Shown: positions 53,051 to 59,458 of the stretch, in pieces | Layout of the letters: the number at the start of each line of letters is the position of its first letter | Position numbering within the stretch: position 1 is the first letter of the stretch | Made by a program: the position numbers and the translations under genes | Source of the DNA: a virus | IMG/VR virus record: IMGVR_UViG_3300043411_001639 | Span: 1-64,000 of that record | Length of the DNA stretch: 64,000 nt | Strand: one strand, 5' to 3' | The notes under the pieces: model-generated | What the model saw: only the letters and a program-made list of their open reading frames with translations | What the model was told of the DNA's origin: nothing | Database searches by the model: none

Positions 53051-53070
53051 AAGTTAGCTGAACTAACTTC
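53050..53070. promoter_or_regulatory. palindrome with CTGAA core (type A)
   Basis: GAAGTTAG-CTGAA-CTAACTTC. Confidence 0.7.
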
Positions 53071-53075
53071 GGGTG

Positions 53076-53104
53076 TTGCAACCTCTGAGAGAACCTGCTA
53101 GGGT
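53076..53104 (+). promoter_or_regulatory. phage early promoter (leaderless)
   Basis: TTGCAA-17-TAGGGT; ATG 53111. Confidence 0.85.
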
Positions 53105-53110
53105 AAGAGC

Positions 53111-53221
53111 ATGAAAAAGGCGAACAAGGGCAAGCGGTGGAACAAGCGGGAAAAACGCCGCAACGAATCGCTGGACGGTCGCAAGCAACGGCGCAAGTTT
53201 CTCGCGAGTCTCACTGACTGA
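53111..53221 (+). CDS. 36-aa highly basic peptide
   Basis: MKKANKGKRWNKRENARNESLDGRKQRRKFLASLTD; leaderless start; not in ORF track. Confidence 0.6.
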   Translation: MKKANKGKRWNKREKRRNESLDGRKQRRKFLASLTD

Positions 53222-53222
53222 C

Positions 53223-53238
53223 TGGCATAGAGGTTGCA
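53223..53238 (+). promoter_or_regulatory. sigma54 -24/-12 box
   Basis: TGGCATAGAGGTTGCA. Confidence 0.7.
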
Positions 53239-53253
53239 ACGGAAAACCAACTG

Positions 53254-53282
53254 TTGCAACCTCCCCGAAAGGGTGCTAAGGT
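53254..53282 (+). promoter_or_regulatory. phage early promoter (tRNA pair)
   Basis: TTGCAA-17-TAAGGT. Confidence 0.85.
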
Positions 53283-53309
53283 AGAAGAGTAGGTAACAGA
53301 AGGAAGAAA

Positions 53310-53392
53310 GCTCTAGTGGCGGAATGGTAGACGCGGGGGTTTCAAAAACCTCTTCCCGCAAGGGAGTGAGAGTTCAAGTCTCTCTTGGAGCA
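53310..53392 (+). tRNA. tRNA-Leu(CAA)
   Basis: GCTCTAG/TTGGAGC, GGGGT-TTCAAAA-ACCTC, TCCC-GCAA-GGGA variable arm, GAGAG-TTCAAGT-CTCTC. Confidence 0.92.
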
Positions 53393-53435
53393 CAAAAGCC
53401 ACAAACGGCGCGGCAGTGTCGTTGGCTTGTCTCTT

Positions 53436-53508
53436 GCAACGGTAGCTCAACTGGCAGAGCATTCGGCTTTTAACCGAAGGGTTGAGGGTTCAAGTCCCTC
53501 CCGTCGCA
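53436..53508 (+). tRNA. tRNA-Lys(UUU)
   Basis: GCAACGG/CCGTCGC (one mismatch), GCTC/GAGC D stem, TTCGG-CTTTTAA-CCGAA, GAGGG-TTCAAGT-CCCTC. Confidence 0.9.
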
Positions 53509-53515
53509 CCGTGGT

Positions 53516-53531
53516 CGGCACCAGTCTTGCA
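53516..53531 (+). promoter_or_regulatory. sigma54 -24/-12 box
   Basis: CGGCACCAGTCTTGCA (GG-N10-GC spacing kept). Confidence 0.6.
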
Positions 53532-53546
53532 AACAAAAAAAGGCTG

Positions 53547-53575
53547 TTGCAACCAACCCCGCAACCTGCTAGTCT
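53547..53575 (+). promoter_or_regulatory. phage early promoter
   Basis: TTGCAA-17-TAGTCT. Confidence 0.8.
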
Positions 53576-53610
53576 AAGAATGTAGCAGGAAACAACCAAC
53601 GGAGTCAAGA

Positions 53611-54003
53611 ATGGCAAAGCGCACGACGGAAGAAACCATCGCTCACACCGTCAAGGTCAAGGGTATCGTCGCCGACCGCTCCGGCATCAACAACACGCGT
53701 GGCGCGCGTGCGATCATCGCGTCGGAAGTCTTCGGCGTCTCGCAGACACTCCGCAACCACGGCGCCGCCGCCGTCTTCGCGCTCCGCAACGGGGATAACG
53801 TCGTGGTGCTGTCCCGCGTCGCCCGCAAGGGCCGCCCGCGCTGGAGGCAAGTCGGGCACGGATCTTCCACGGTCATCACGTTCGCCCGCGTGCTCTCCGG
53901 TGGCAAGGTTTCCAAGGTCGTCAAGGCGTCCACGCTTGCGGAGCTCTGCAACAAGGGTGCCCGCTACATCGGGACGCGCGCCAACCTCTACGGCAACGGC
54001 TAG
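53611..54003 (+). CDS. GC-rich basic hypothetical protein
   Basis: GGAG RBS, G/C-ending codons in this frame, own promoter. Confidence 0.8.
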   Translation: MAKRTTEETIAHTVKVKGIVADRSGINNTRGARAIIASEVFGVSQTLRNHGAAAVFALRNGDNVVVLSRVARKGRPRWRQVGHGSSTVITFARVLSGGKVSKVVKASTLAELCNKGARYIGTRANLYGNG

Positions 54004-54010
54004 AACCCGC

Positions 54011-54026
54011 TGGCACGAAGGTTGCA
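54011..54026 (+). promoter_or_regulatory. sigma54 -24/-12 box
   Basis: TGGCACGAAGGTTGCA, perfect consensus. Confidence 0.75.
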
Positions 54027-54051
54027 AGGGCAAGGCAAAGAAAACCCGCTG

Positions 54052-54080
54052 TTGCAACCTGTTTCGGAACCTGCTAGAGT
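54052..54080 (+). promoter_or_regulatory. tandem early promoter 1 of 3
   Basis: TTGCAA-17-TAGAGT. Confidence 0.85.
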
Positions 54081-54136
54081 CTGAATGTAAGGTGAGAGGT
54101 AGGGAAGACAGAGAACCGGAAGGAAAAAGAATCCGG

Positions 54137-54165
54137 TTGCAACCCTCCCCGAAACCTGCTAGAGT
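54137..54165 (+). promoter_or_regulatory. tandem early promoter 2 of 3
   Basis: TTGCAA-17-TAGAGT. Confidence 0.85.
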
Positions 54166-54214
54166 CAGAGAGTGAGAAAAGGAACGGGGCCAGAAACTAG
54201 ACGAAACAATCTGG

Positions 54215-54243
54215 TTGCAACCCTCCGAAGAGTCTGGTAAGGT
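54215..54243 (+). promoter_or_regulatory. tandem early promoter 3 of 3
   Basis: TTGCAA-17-TAAGGT. Confidence 0.85.
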
Positions 54244-54314
54244 AAGAGTCAGAAAGGGAGTCAGGGTGGCAATGTCGCCTAGCCCACTCCCAAACCAGGA
54301 AAGAAAAAAGAATA

Positions 54315-55034
54315 ATGAACTCCATCAACGCCACCTCGCCCGTCGTTTCCTCGGATTCCATCGTCGCCGACCCCAACGCCTCGCAGGAGAACACCATGCA
54401 CACCCCCGACAACTCCGCCGACGCTTCGCCCCTGTCCATGCGCCCCGCGGATCGCGCCGCCCGCGGCGAGTCCCTCACGCCCGACGAGGAGGGCGCGCTC
54501 GCGGCCAGCGACGCGGCGGAGTTCCTCGCCTACCTCCGCGCACAGCGCGCGTACCTCGCCTCCGCGCTCGCGGCGGCGAAGGCCCCCAAGGTTCCGGGGA
54601 AGCGCGGGCCGCAGGGTCCCCAGCGCGGGAAGGTGGTCACGCTGGCCGACGGCCGGATGATGATCGTCGGCGCGGGTCTCGGCAAGCGGGCCGCGTTCAA
54701 TTCCGCGAAGGGTGCGCTCGGGGCGCGCGCGGAGCTCCTCCCCGGCGACGCGCTGAACATCGCCCTCGTGACGTTCGGGGCGGACGGGAGCGGCGTCCTC
54801 TACACCGTCAACGGTGTCGCGGGCGAGACGCCCCGCGGGAAGGGTTCGCCCGGTGTGTCGCTCTCTTGCACGCGGGCGGACAACGGCGAAGAGGTCGTGT
54901 TGTTTCCGACGATGGATTCCATCGTGGACGCGGTGTGCATCACGGGTTCCGCGGCGCTCCTCGCGGTGCTTCCGGTGCTTCAAGCGCAGAAGGTGCGCGC
55001 CGCGCGCGCAGCGAAGACGCCCGCCACGGTCTGA
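54315..55034 (+). CDS. very GC-rich Ala-rich hypothetical protein
   Basis: third codon positions almost all G/C in this frame; behind three promoters; possible internal start at MHTPD (AGGAG RBS). Confidence 0.8.
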   Translation: MNSINATSPVVSSDSIVADPNASQENTMHTPDNSADASPLSMRPADRAARGESLTPDEEGALAASDAAEFLAYLRAQRAYLASALAAAKAPKVPGKRGPQGPQRGKVVTLADGRMMIVGAGLGKRAAFNSAKGALGARAELLPGDALNIALVTFGADGSGVLYTVNGVAGETPRGKGSPGVSLSCTRADNGEEVVLFPTMDSIVDAVCITGSAALLAVLPVLQAQKVRAARAAKTPATV

Positions 55035-55062
55035 CGCCTCACCCGCCAGAATCCCACCTAAA

Positions 55063-55119
55063 GAAACCCCCCGCGACGACCCTAGAGAATAGGGAACCGT
55101 CCGGGGGTTTCCCCGTTTT
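55063..55119 (+). terminator. terminator-like hairpin
   Basis: GAAACCCCC/GGGGGTTTC stem with inner CCCTA/TAGGG, followed by GTTTT. Confidence 0.55.
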
Positions 55120-55184
55120 ACAACTTTGACCCCCTCTAGCCCCTGTACCCCCCCACCTCTACCTACCCGGACCCAGGAGGTGGT

Positions 55185-55200
55185 TGGCATGGAGGGTGCA
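55185..55200 (+). promoter_or_regulatory. sigma54-like box (one mismatch)
   Basis: TGGCATGGAGGGTGCA. Confidence 0.45.
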
Positions 55201-55225
55201 TGACCCACGAGATTCTAAACCAGAT

Positions 55226-55247
55226 AAAATTTTTCTGGGAATTTTTC
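55226..55247 (+). repeat. 22-bp direct repeat, copy 1 (phased T-tracts)
   Basis: AAAATTTTTCTGGGAATTTTTC, followed by TATTTA. Confidence 0.85.
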
Positions 55248-55264
55248 TATTTATGGGGACCTTT

Positions 55265-55903
55265 ATGTTATATTTTTCTAAATGGTTGTTTGAAAACGAC
55301 AATATAATTGATGATTTAAATACAGTGTTTTCAATTCAAGAAACTATAAAAACTGTTGAACAACATGGTTTAGAGCAGCTTGGTTTAGGAAACAACGAAG
55401 GAACAACAAGAATTGTTTTTAAACATCCAAATAACAAACAAGTGATTAAAATACCAAGACAAACAACATATCTCAAATATAATTTTAATGAGATTAAATC
55501 ATTTGCTTGTCTTGGAAAAGAATATGCTGCTGAGATAACAGAGTTTCATCCTAAAGGTTATTGGTTGATAATGGAACTTGTTAAACCATTTAAAGATCAT
55601 CAAGAGTTTAATCAGAAACTCCAACAAGTTTTAAACTTACCAGATACTATCAATGACGAACGTTTTTTATATAAAGCAGTGGTTCAGTTTAAAGAACAAG
55701 AAAGATTAAAACTTTCAACTAAACTATGTCATTCAAGTGAATGGTTTAGAAAACTTACAACCAAACTTTCCAGTTGTGAAGTAGGAGGACAAGATTTAAA
55801 CTGGTTTAACTTTGGATTAAGAGAATCAACAGGTGAATTGGTTATGTTAGACTATGCTGATTTATTAACAAATCCGGCTGTTCAACAACCTTGTTCCATT
55901 TAA
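55265..55903 (+). CDS. minimal protein kinase-like paralogue 1
   Basis: EGTTRIVF, VIK, NE, WLIME, DLNWFN, LDY; start ATG 55265 (MLYFSKWLFE) preferred to 55184. Confidence 0.8.
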   Translation: MLYFSKWLFENDNIIDDLNTVFSIQETIKTVEQHGLEQLGLGNNEGTTRIVFKHPNNKQVIKIPRQTTYLKYNFNEIKSFACLGKEYAAEITEFHPKGYWLIMELVKPFKDHQEFNQKLQQVLNLPDTINDERFLYKAVVQFKEQERLKLSTKLCHSSEWFRKLTTKLSSCEVGGQDLNWFNFGLRESTGELVMLDYADLLTNPAVQQPCSI

Positions 55904-55944
55904 AACTAAAAAAGGTTCATAAAATAGGGCGGGTAATGCCTCTG

Positions 55945-55966
55945 AAAATTTTTCTGGGAATTTTTC
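55945..55966 (+). repeat. 22-bp direct repeat, copy 2
   Basis: identical to 55226..55247, followed by ATATTTA. Confidence 0.85.
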
Positions 55967-55984
55967 ATATTTACCTCTAGTCTG

Positions 55985-56491
55985 ATGATAACATTACAAG
56001 AGTTTATATTTCTTCAAGAGGGAGACTTAAAACTAGTATCTCTTCATGGATGTGGGGAAGATAGTTTTGATATTGAACTTGATAATGATGAGGTTATAGA
56101 TTGCAATGATATAGCATCTAGTGTTGAGGAATTGTTTTACGATTCAAAGATTAGAATCATGAGGAATGAGAATCCTTATAATGCTATAATTGATTCTGGT
56201 ACTGGAAGGGTGATAGGGGCTAGTGTTATATCTTATGAACTACCAGAGGATTATGATGAATTTGAGCATGGTAATGGGGTTGTAACATTTAGTGTTGTGG
56301 TTGATCCAGAGTTTAGGGGACAGAGATTAGCTGAGAAGTTAATAAGGGATATAGTGAATAATCATAGGAGACAAGTTATCAAGGCTCAGGTTATTAATCC
56401 TATTATGGAGAAGATACTTATTAACTTAGGATTTGTTAAGGTTAGTGAATCAGGTTCTAGAGAAGGATTGGTTTATCAGTTAAAGAGATGA
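55985..56491 (+). CDS. GNAT-family acetyltransferase
   Basis: SVVVDPEFRGQRLAEKLI (motif A), N...LGF; N-terminus MITLQEFIFLQE. Confidence 0.85.
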   Translation: MITLQEFIFLQEGDLKLVSLHGCGEDSFDIELDNDEVIDCNDIASSVEELFYDSKIRIMRNENPYNAIIDSGTGRVIGASVISYELPEDYDEFEHGNGVVTFSVVVDPEFRGQRLAEKLIRDIVNNHRRQVIKAQVINPIMEKILINLGFVKVSESGSREGLVYQLKR

Positions 56492-57204
56492 ATAGTTTAT
56501 TTATGTTTGATCGGTTTTTGTTTGAGACTACTATTAATATCAATCCAGATAAAGTTATTTATGATCTTAAACAGGCAACAAGTTTTGGTGAGATTCAAGA
56601 GATAGGATATAAACTTAAACAGATAGGTGATGGTACTACTAGGAACGTGTATGACTTAGGAAGGAACCTTGTTCTCAAACTAGCAAAGTATCCTAATAAT
56701 AGTATCAGTAATTTAAAAGAGGTAGATTCATATCAGTGTTTAGGAAAAGAATACGCAGCACAGATAGTTGATTTTGATACAGAGAACTATTACTGGTTGG
56801 TTATGGAGAGGGTTAAAACTATAACAGCTAGAGAATTTCAGTCAAAGTTAACAGAGCTTATAGGATTTCCATTAACTCCAGAAGATATAGCATCTAGGTT
56901 TAAGACTGTTATTAGTAAAGAAGTTTATGTGGTGGGCGGTTATTATTATCTTCCACAGGTGTTACAACCTGGAAGATATCATTCCGGTACAGAGAGAGGA
57001 AGAGGATTAAGACAGTTACATGGTTTGTTATGCGGTCATAGTTCTTGGTTTAAGGAATTCAATAATAGATTAGTTAAGTGCAGAATTATGGCTGGTGATC
57101 TTGGATTTGGTAACTTTGGATTAAGACTGTCAACGGATGAGTTGGTGTTACTTGATTATGGGTTTGAGATGATTGAAGGGGATCAGATTGAATGTCATTC
57201 TTGA
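56488..57204 (+). CDS. minimal protein kinase-like paralogue 2
   Basis: IGDGTTRNVY, VLK, KE, WLVME, DLGFGN, LDYG. Confidence 0.85.
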   Translation: MNSLFMFDRFLFETTININPDKVIYDLKQATSFGEIQEIGYKLKQIGDGTTRNVYDLGRNLVLKLAKYPNNSISNLKEVDSYQCLGKEYAAQIVDFDTENYYWLVMERVKTITAREFQSKLTELIGFPLTPEDIASRFKTVISKEVYVVGGYYYLPQVLQPGRYHSGTERGRGLRQLHGLLCGHSSWFKEFNNRLVKCRIMAGDLGFGNFGLRLSTDELVLLDYGFEMIEGDQIECHS

Positions 57205-57869
57205 TGAAGATATTGTTTTTTGAGGATAGGAACAGTGATGTTTTTGATGGTATTACTGAGTTTAGTTCTATTAAGAAGACATTGTTAGTTAACAAGTTTA
57301 AGTTGATAGGTCATGGTACTACTAGGGATGTTTATTCTGTTCCAGGTGATGATAGTATTGTTTTAAAGGTTCCAAGGTATCCAGATGCATTTGAGGTTAA
57401 CTTCAGTGAGTTTAAGAATTTTGGTTGTTTGGGGGAGGAGTATGCAGCTCGTGTAATAGATTGTGATACAGTTAACGGTTTATGGTTATTGATGGAGCGT
57501 GTTATAACATTTAATCATTCTGATAAATTTGATATTGAGGTTAGTAAAAGGTTAGGGTTTGAGTTTAGTAAAGGTGGAATGATTAAGAAGTTTGGATTAT
57601 CTCCTGATAGTATTGCGAGGTTTCCTTTATTATCTTCGGCATTTGCTCCTGGTGATTATGACAAGGGTATTAATTTAAAGGAATTACTTTGTAAGAACAG
57701 TAAATGGTTTAGGGAATTGAACAACAGGTTAATTGATTGTGATGTTTACGCGGAGGATCTTGATTTTAAAAACTTTGGATTAAGAAGAGATACTGGAGAG
57801 TTAATATTACTTGATTATGGATTTAGTGCTAGTAAAGATAGTACATTAGGGGTACAGTCAAAATGCTGA
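57204..57869 (+). CDS. minimal protein kinase-like paralogue 3
   Basis: IGHGTTRDVY, VLK, SE, WLLME, DLDFKN, LDYG; TGATG-coupled start 57204. Confidence 0.85.
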   Translation: MKILFFEDRNSDVFDGITEFSSIKKTLLVNKFKLIGHGTTRDVYSVPGDDSIVLKVPRYPDAFEVNFSEFKNFGCLGEEYAARVIDCDTVNGLWLLMERVITFNHSDKFDIEVSKRLGFEFSKGGMIKKFGLSPDSIARFPLLSSAFAPGDYDKGINLKELLCKNSKWFRELNNRLIDCDVYAEDLDFKNFGLRRDTGELILLDYGFSASKDSTLGVQSKC

Positions 57870-57939
57870 TGAATCTGAATGAGTTTATATTTTTAAAGGA
57901 ACTAAAGAGTTACTTGGTTAGACCTAAAAACTATCAGTA

Positions 57940-58362
57940 TTAAGAGTTGATGAATTGATTTAATTTATTATTAAACTCAGTATCTTCTGGAAGTTTTGTT
58001 ACTATGATTTCTGTTGGATTGGGTTTGAATCTCTTCTCACCTTTGTTTACTAGTTGGTTATAAGCTAGGAACTCAGTGCTGCTTAGAGCTGTTAAAATAG
58101 TTTCCAGTGCTGTTTTAAGATAGACTAGTACCTTTGGATTTTTATAATCTAGCAAAGAAAGATCTAGTGTTAGAGCGGACATTAATCTAAAGTTAAAGTT
58201 GATAGGATTGATATTTTCTTCTATTAGTATCAGGTTTTGACTGTTTAAATCTTTGATGTTGTTAGGGAAGTTCCTGTTTAAGAAACCTACCAAACCAAGA
58301 ACTAGGAATAGTCTTAGTTTTAGTGACAGCACTGACAGTTTGTTTTTTATTGAAGTTATCAT
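57940..58362 (-). CDS. hypothetical protein with N-terminal hydrophobic segment
   Basis: 140 aa ORF, divergent from the amidase. Confidence 0.5.
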   Translation of the reverse strand: MITSIKNKLSVLSLKLRLFLVLGLVGFLNRNFPNNIKDLNSQNLILIEENINPINFNFRLMSALTLDLSLLDYKNPKVLVYLKTALETILTALSSTEFLAYNQLVNKGEKRFKPNPTEIIVTKLPEDTEFNNKLNQFINS

Positions 58363-58373
58363 ATCTATAGTAT

Positions 58374-59183
58374 ATGAGTATTATAGCTGGTAACACAAAA
58401 CATGAAATTCCTGGTCTGAAAACAATCTGTTGGGAAGACAGTGCTACAGATCAGATTAAATATATCACAGATAAATCTGATAGAAAACAATGGATCAGAG
58501 GTATTGTATGTCATACTAACAAAGGGAAGACAGGAGTTGTTTTACCTGGAGTTGGTAGTGATAGCGGTCAAGCTGTTAAACTTGCTAGATATCAGACAAA
58601 CACAGACAGACAAGTAAGCTGGGATTTTACAGAAGAACAGGATGGTGTTTGGTATATTCAGAACGATGTATTAAAACACTATAGTTGGCAAGCTGGAATG
58701 GTTAACGGGGTTACTTGTGGATTTGAGATGGTACAAGGAGAAGATGGATCTGTCTACGAGATACAGATAAAGAATGCTGTATTGTTTATAGATTTTCTTA
58801 CTGCACGTCTTGGGATACAGAGACAGATACCATGGGACAAGAAAAAGGATAAACCTGCTAGTAAACCTATAAAGAGAATCAGTGAAGACAACGGAGTTGA
58901 TGTTGTGGGTATTTATGGACATAGAAACCAAACAGACAACAGAGGTTTTGGTGATCCAGGTGATCATATATTTTATGCTCTAAGAGATGCAGGTTATGAA
59001 CTGTTTGACTATGACAACCAAGAAGATCTTAATACCTGGAAAACAAGACAGACAGAGGTTCTTAGTTTAACTTCTGGAGTTGATGGTGTTTGCGGTCCTA
59101 AGACTGTTGAACTGTTAAAACAACATGGTTATAAACACGGTATGTGGGTTTCAAGACCTATGGATAGTTTGATACAGTTATAA
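58374..59183 (+). CDS. N-acetylmuramoyl-L-alanine amidase (Amidase_2) with C-terminal peptidoglycan-binding motif
   Basis: GIVCHT, GFE, YGHR...DPG; VDGVCGPKT. Confidence 0.8.
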   Translation: MSIIAGNTKHEIPGLKTICWEDSATDQIKYITDKSDRKQWIRGIVCHTNKGKTGVVLPGVGSDSGQAVKLARYQTNTDRQVSWDFTEEQDGVWYIQNDVLKHYSWQAGMVNGVTCGFEMVQGEDGSVYEIQIKNAVLFIDFLTARLGIQRQIPWDKKKDKPASKPIKRISEDNGVDVVGIYGHRNQTDNRGFGDPGDHIFYALRDAGYELFDYDNQEDLNTWKTRQTEVLSLTSGVDGVCGPKTVELLKQHGYKHGMWVSRPMDSLIQL

Positions 59184-59204
59184 CAACTAGGGTAAACTAT
59201 AATC

Positions 59205-59456
59205 ATGATACCCAACACTAAGATAAGAAGAGAGTTCCAGAGAGTTAGTACAGATCCTCTGTTGTTCCAAGAAGTTATAAACCACCTGATAGTTTGGAAG
59301 GATTTAGCTACTGGTTTAACAGAAGAAAAACTTGATAAATCTATTAGGAGAAAAATCTACAAACCAGGATCTGATATTGAGAGAACGATGAATGGTGAAG
59401 AATACTGGACAGATCCAGTTACAGGAATTGAGCATAGATTGGTAGCGGTGAATTAA
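59205..59456 (+). CDS. hypothetical protein
   Basis: 83 aa ORF between the hydrolases. Confidence 0.55.
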   Translation: MIPNTKIRREFQRVSTDPLLFQEVINHLIVWKDLATGLTEEKLDKSIRRKIYKPGSDIERTMNGEEYWTDPVTGIEHRLVAVN

Positions 59457-59458
59457 TA

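Noticed and set aside
53423-53438. Additional sigma54-like box TGGCTTGTCTCTTGCA
   Set aside because: The -24 match is weak, its -12 part is the tRNA-Lys 5' end, and no tandem sigma70 promoter follows.
51917-53585. ORFs 51917..52153, 52577..52813, 52852..53061, 53098..53361(-), 53385..53585
   Set aside because: They run through promoters, tRNAs or hairpins. The recurring 'LQP..EPA' peptides are just the translated promoter motif.
53605-54175. ORFs 53605..54057(-), 53643..53954(-), 53699..54175(+)
   Set aside because: They are shadows of the GC-rich gene 53611..54003 and two run through promoter sequence.
54197-55208. Long overlapping ORFs 54215..55129(+), 54279..55208(-), 54197..54478(-), 54530..54760(-), 54814..55092(+)
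   Set aside because: These are shadow ORFs caused by high GC. Only 54315..55034 has G/C in third positions, promoters and a terminator.
55184-55264. N-terminal extension of kinase 1 as given in the ORF track
   Set aside because: It starts at TTG inside the sigma54-like box and crosses the T-tract repeat. Paralogue alignment and the capsid-targeting-like peptide favour ATG 55265.
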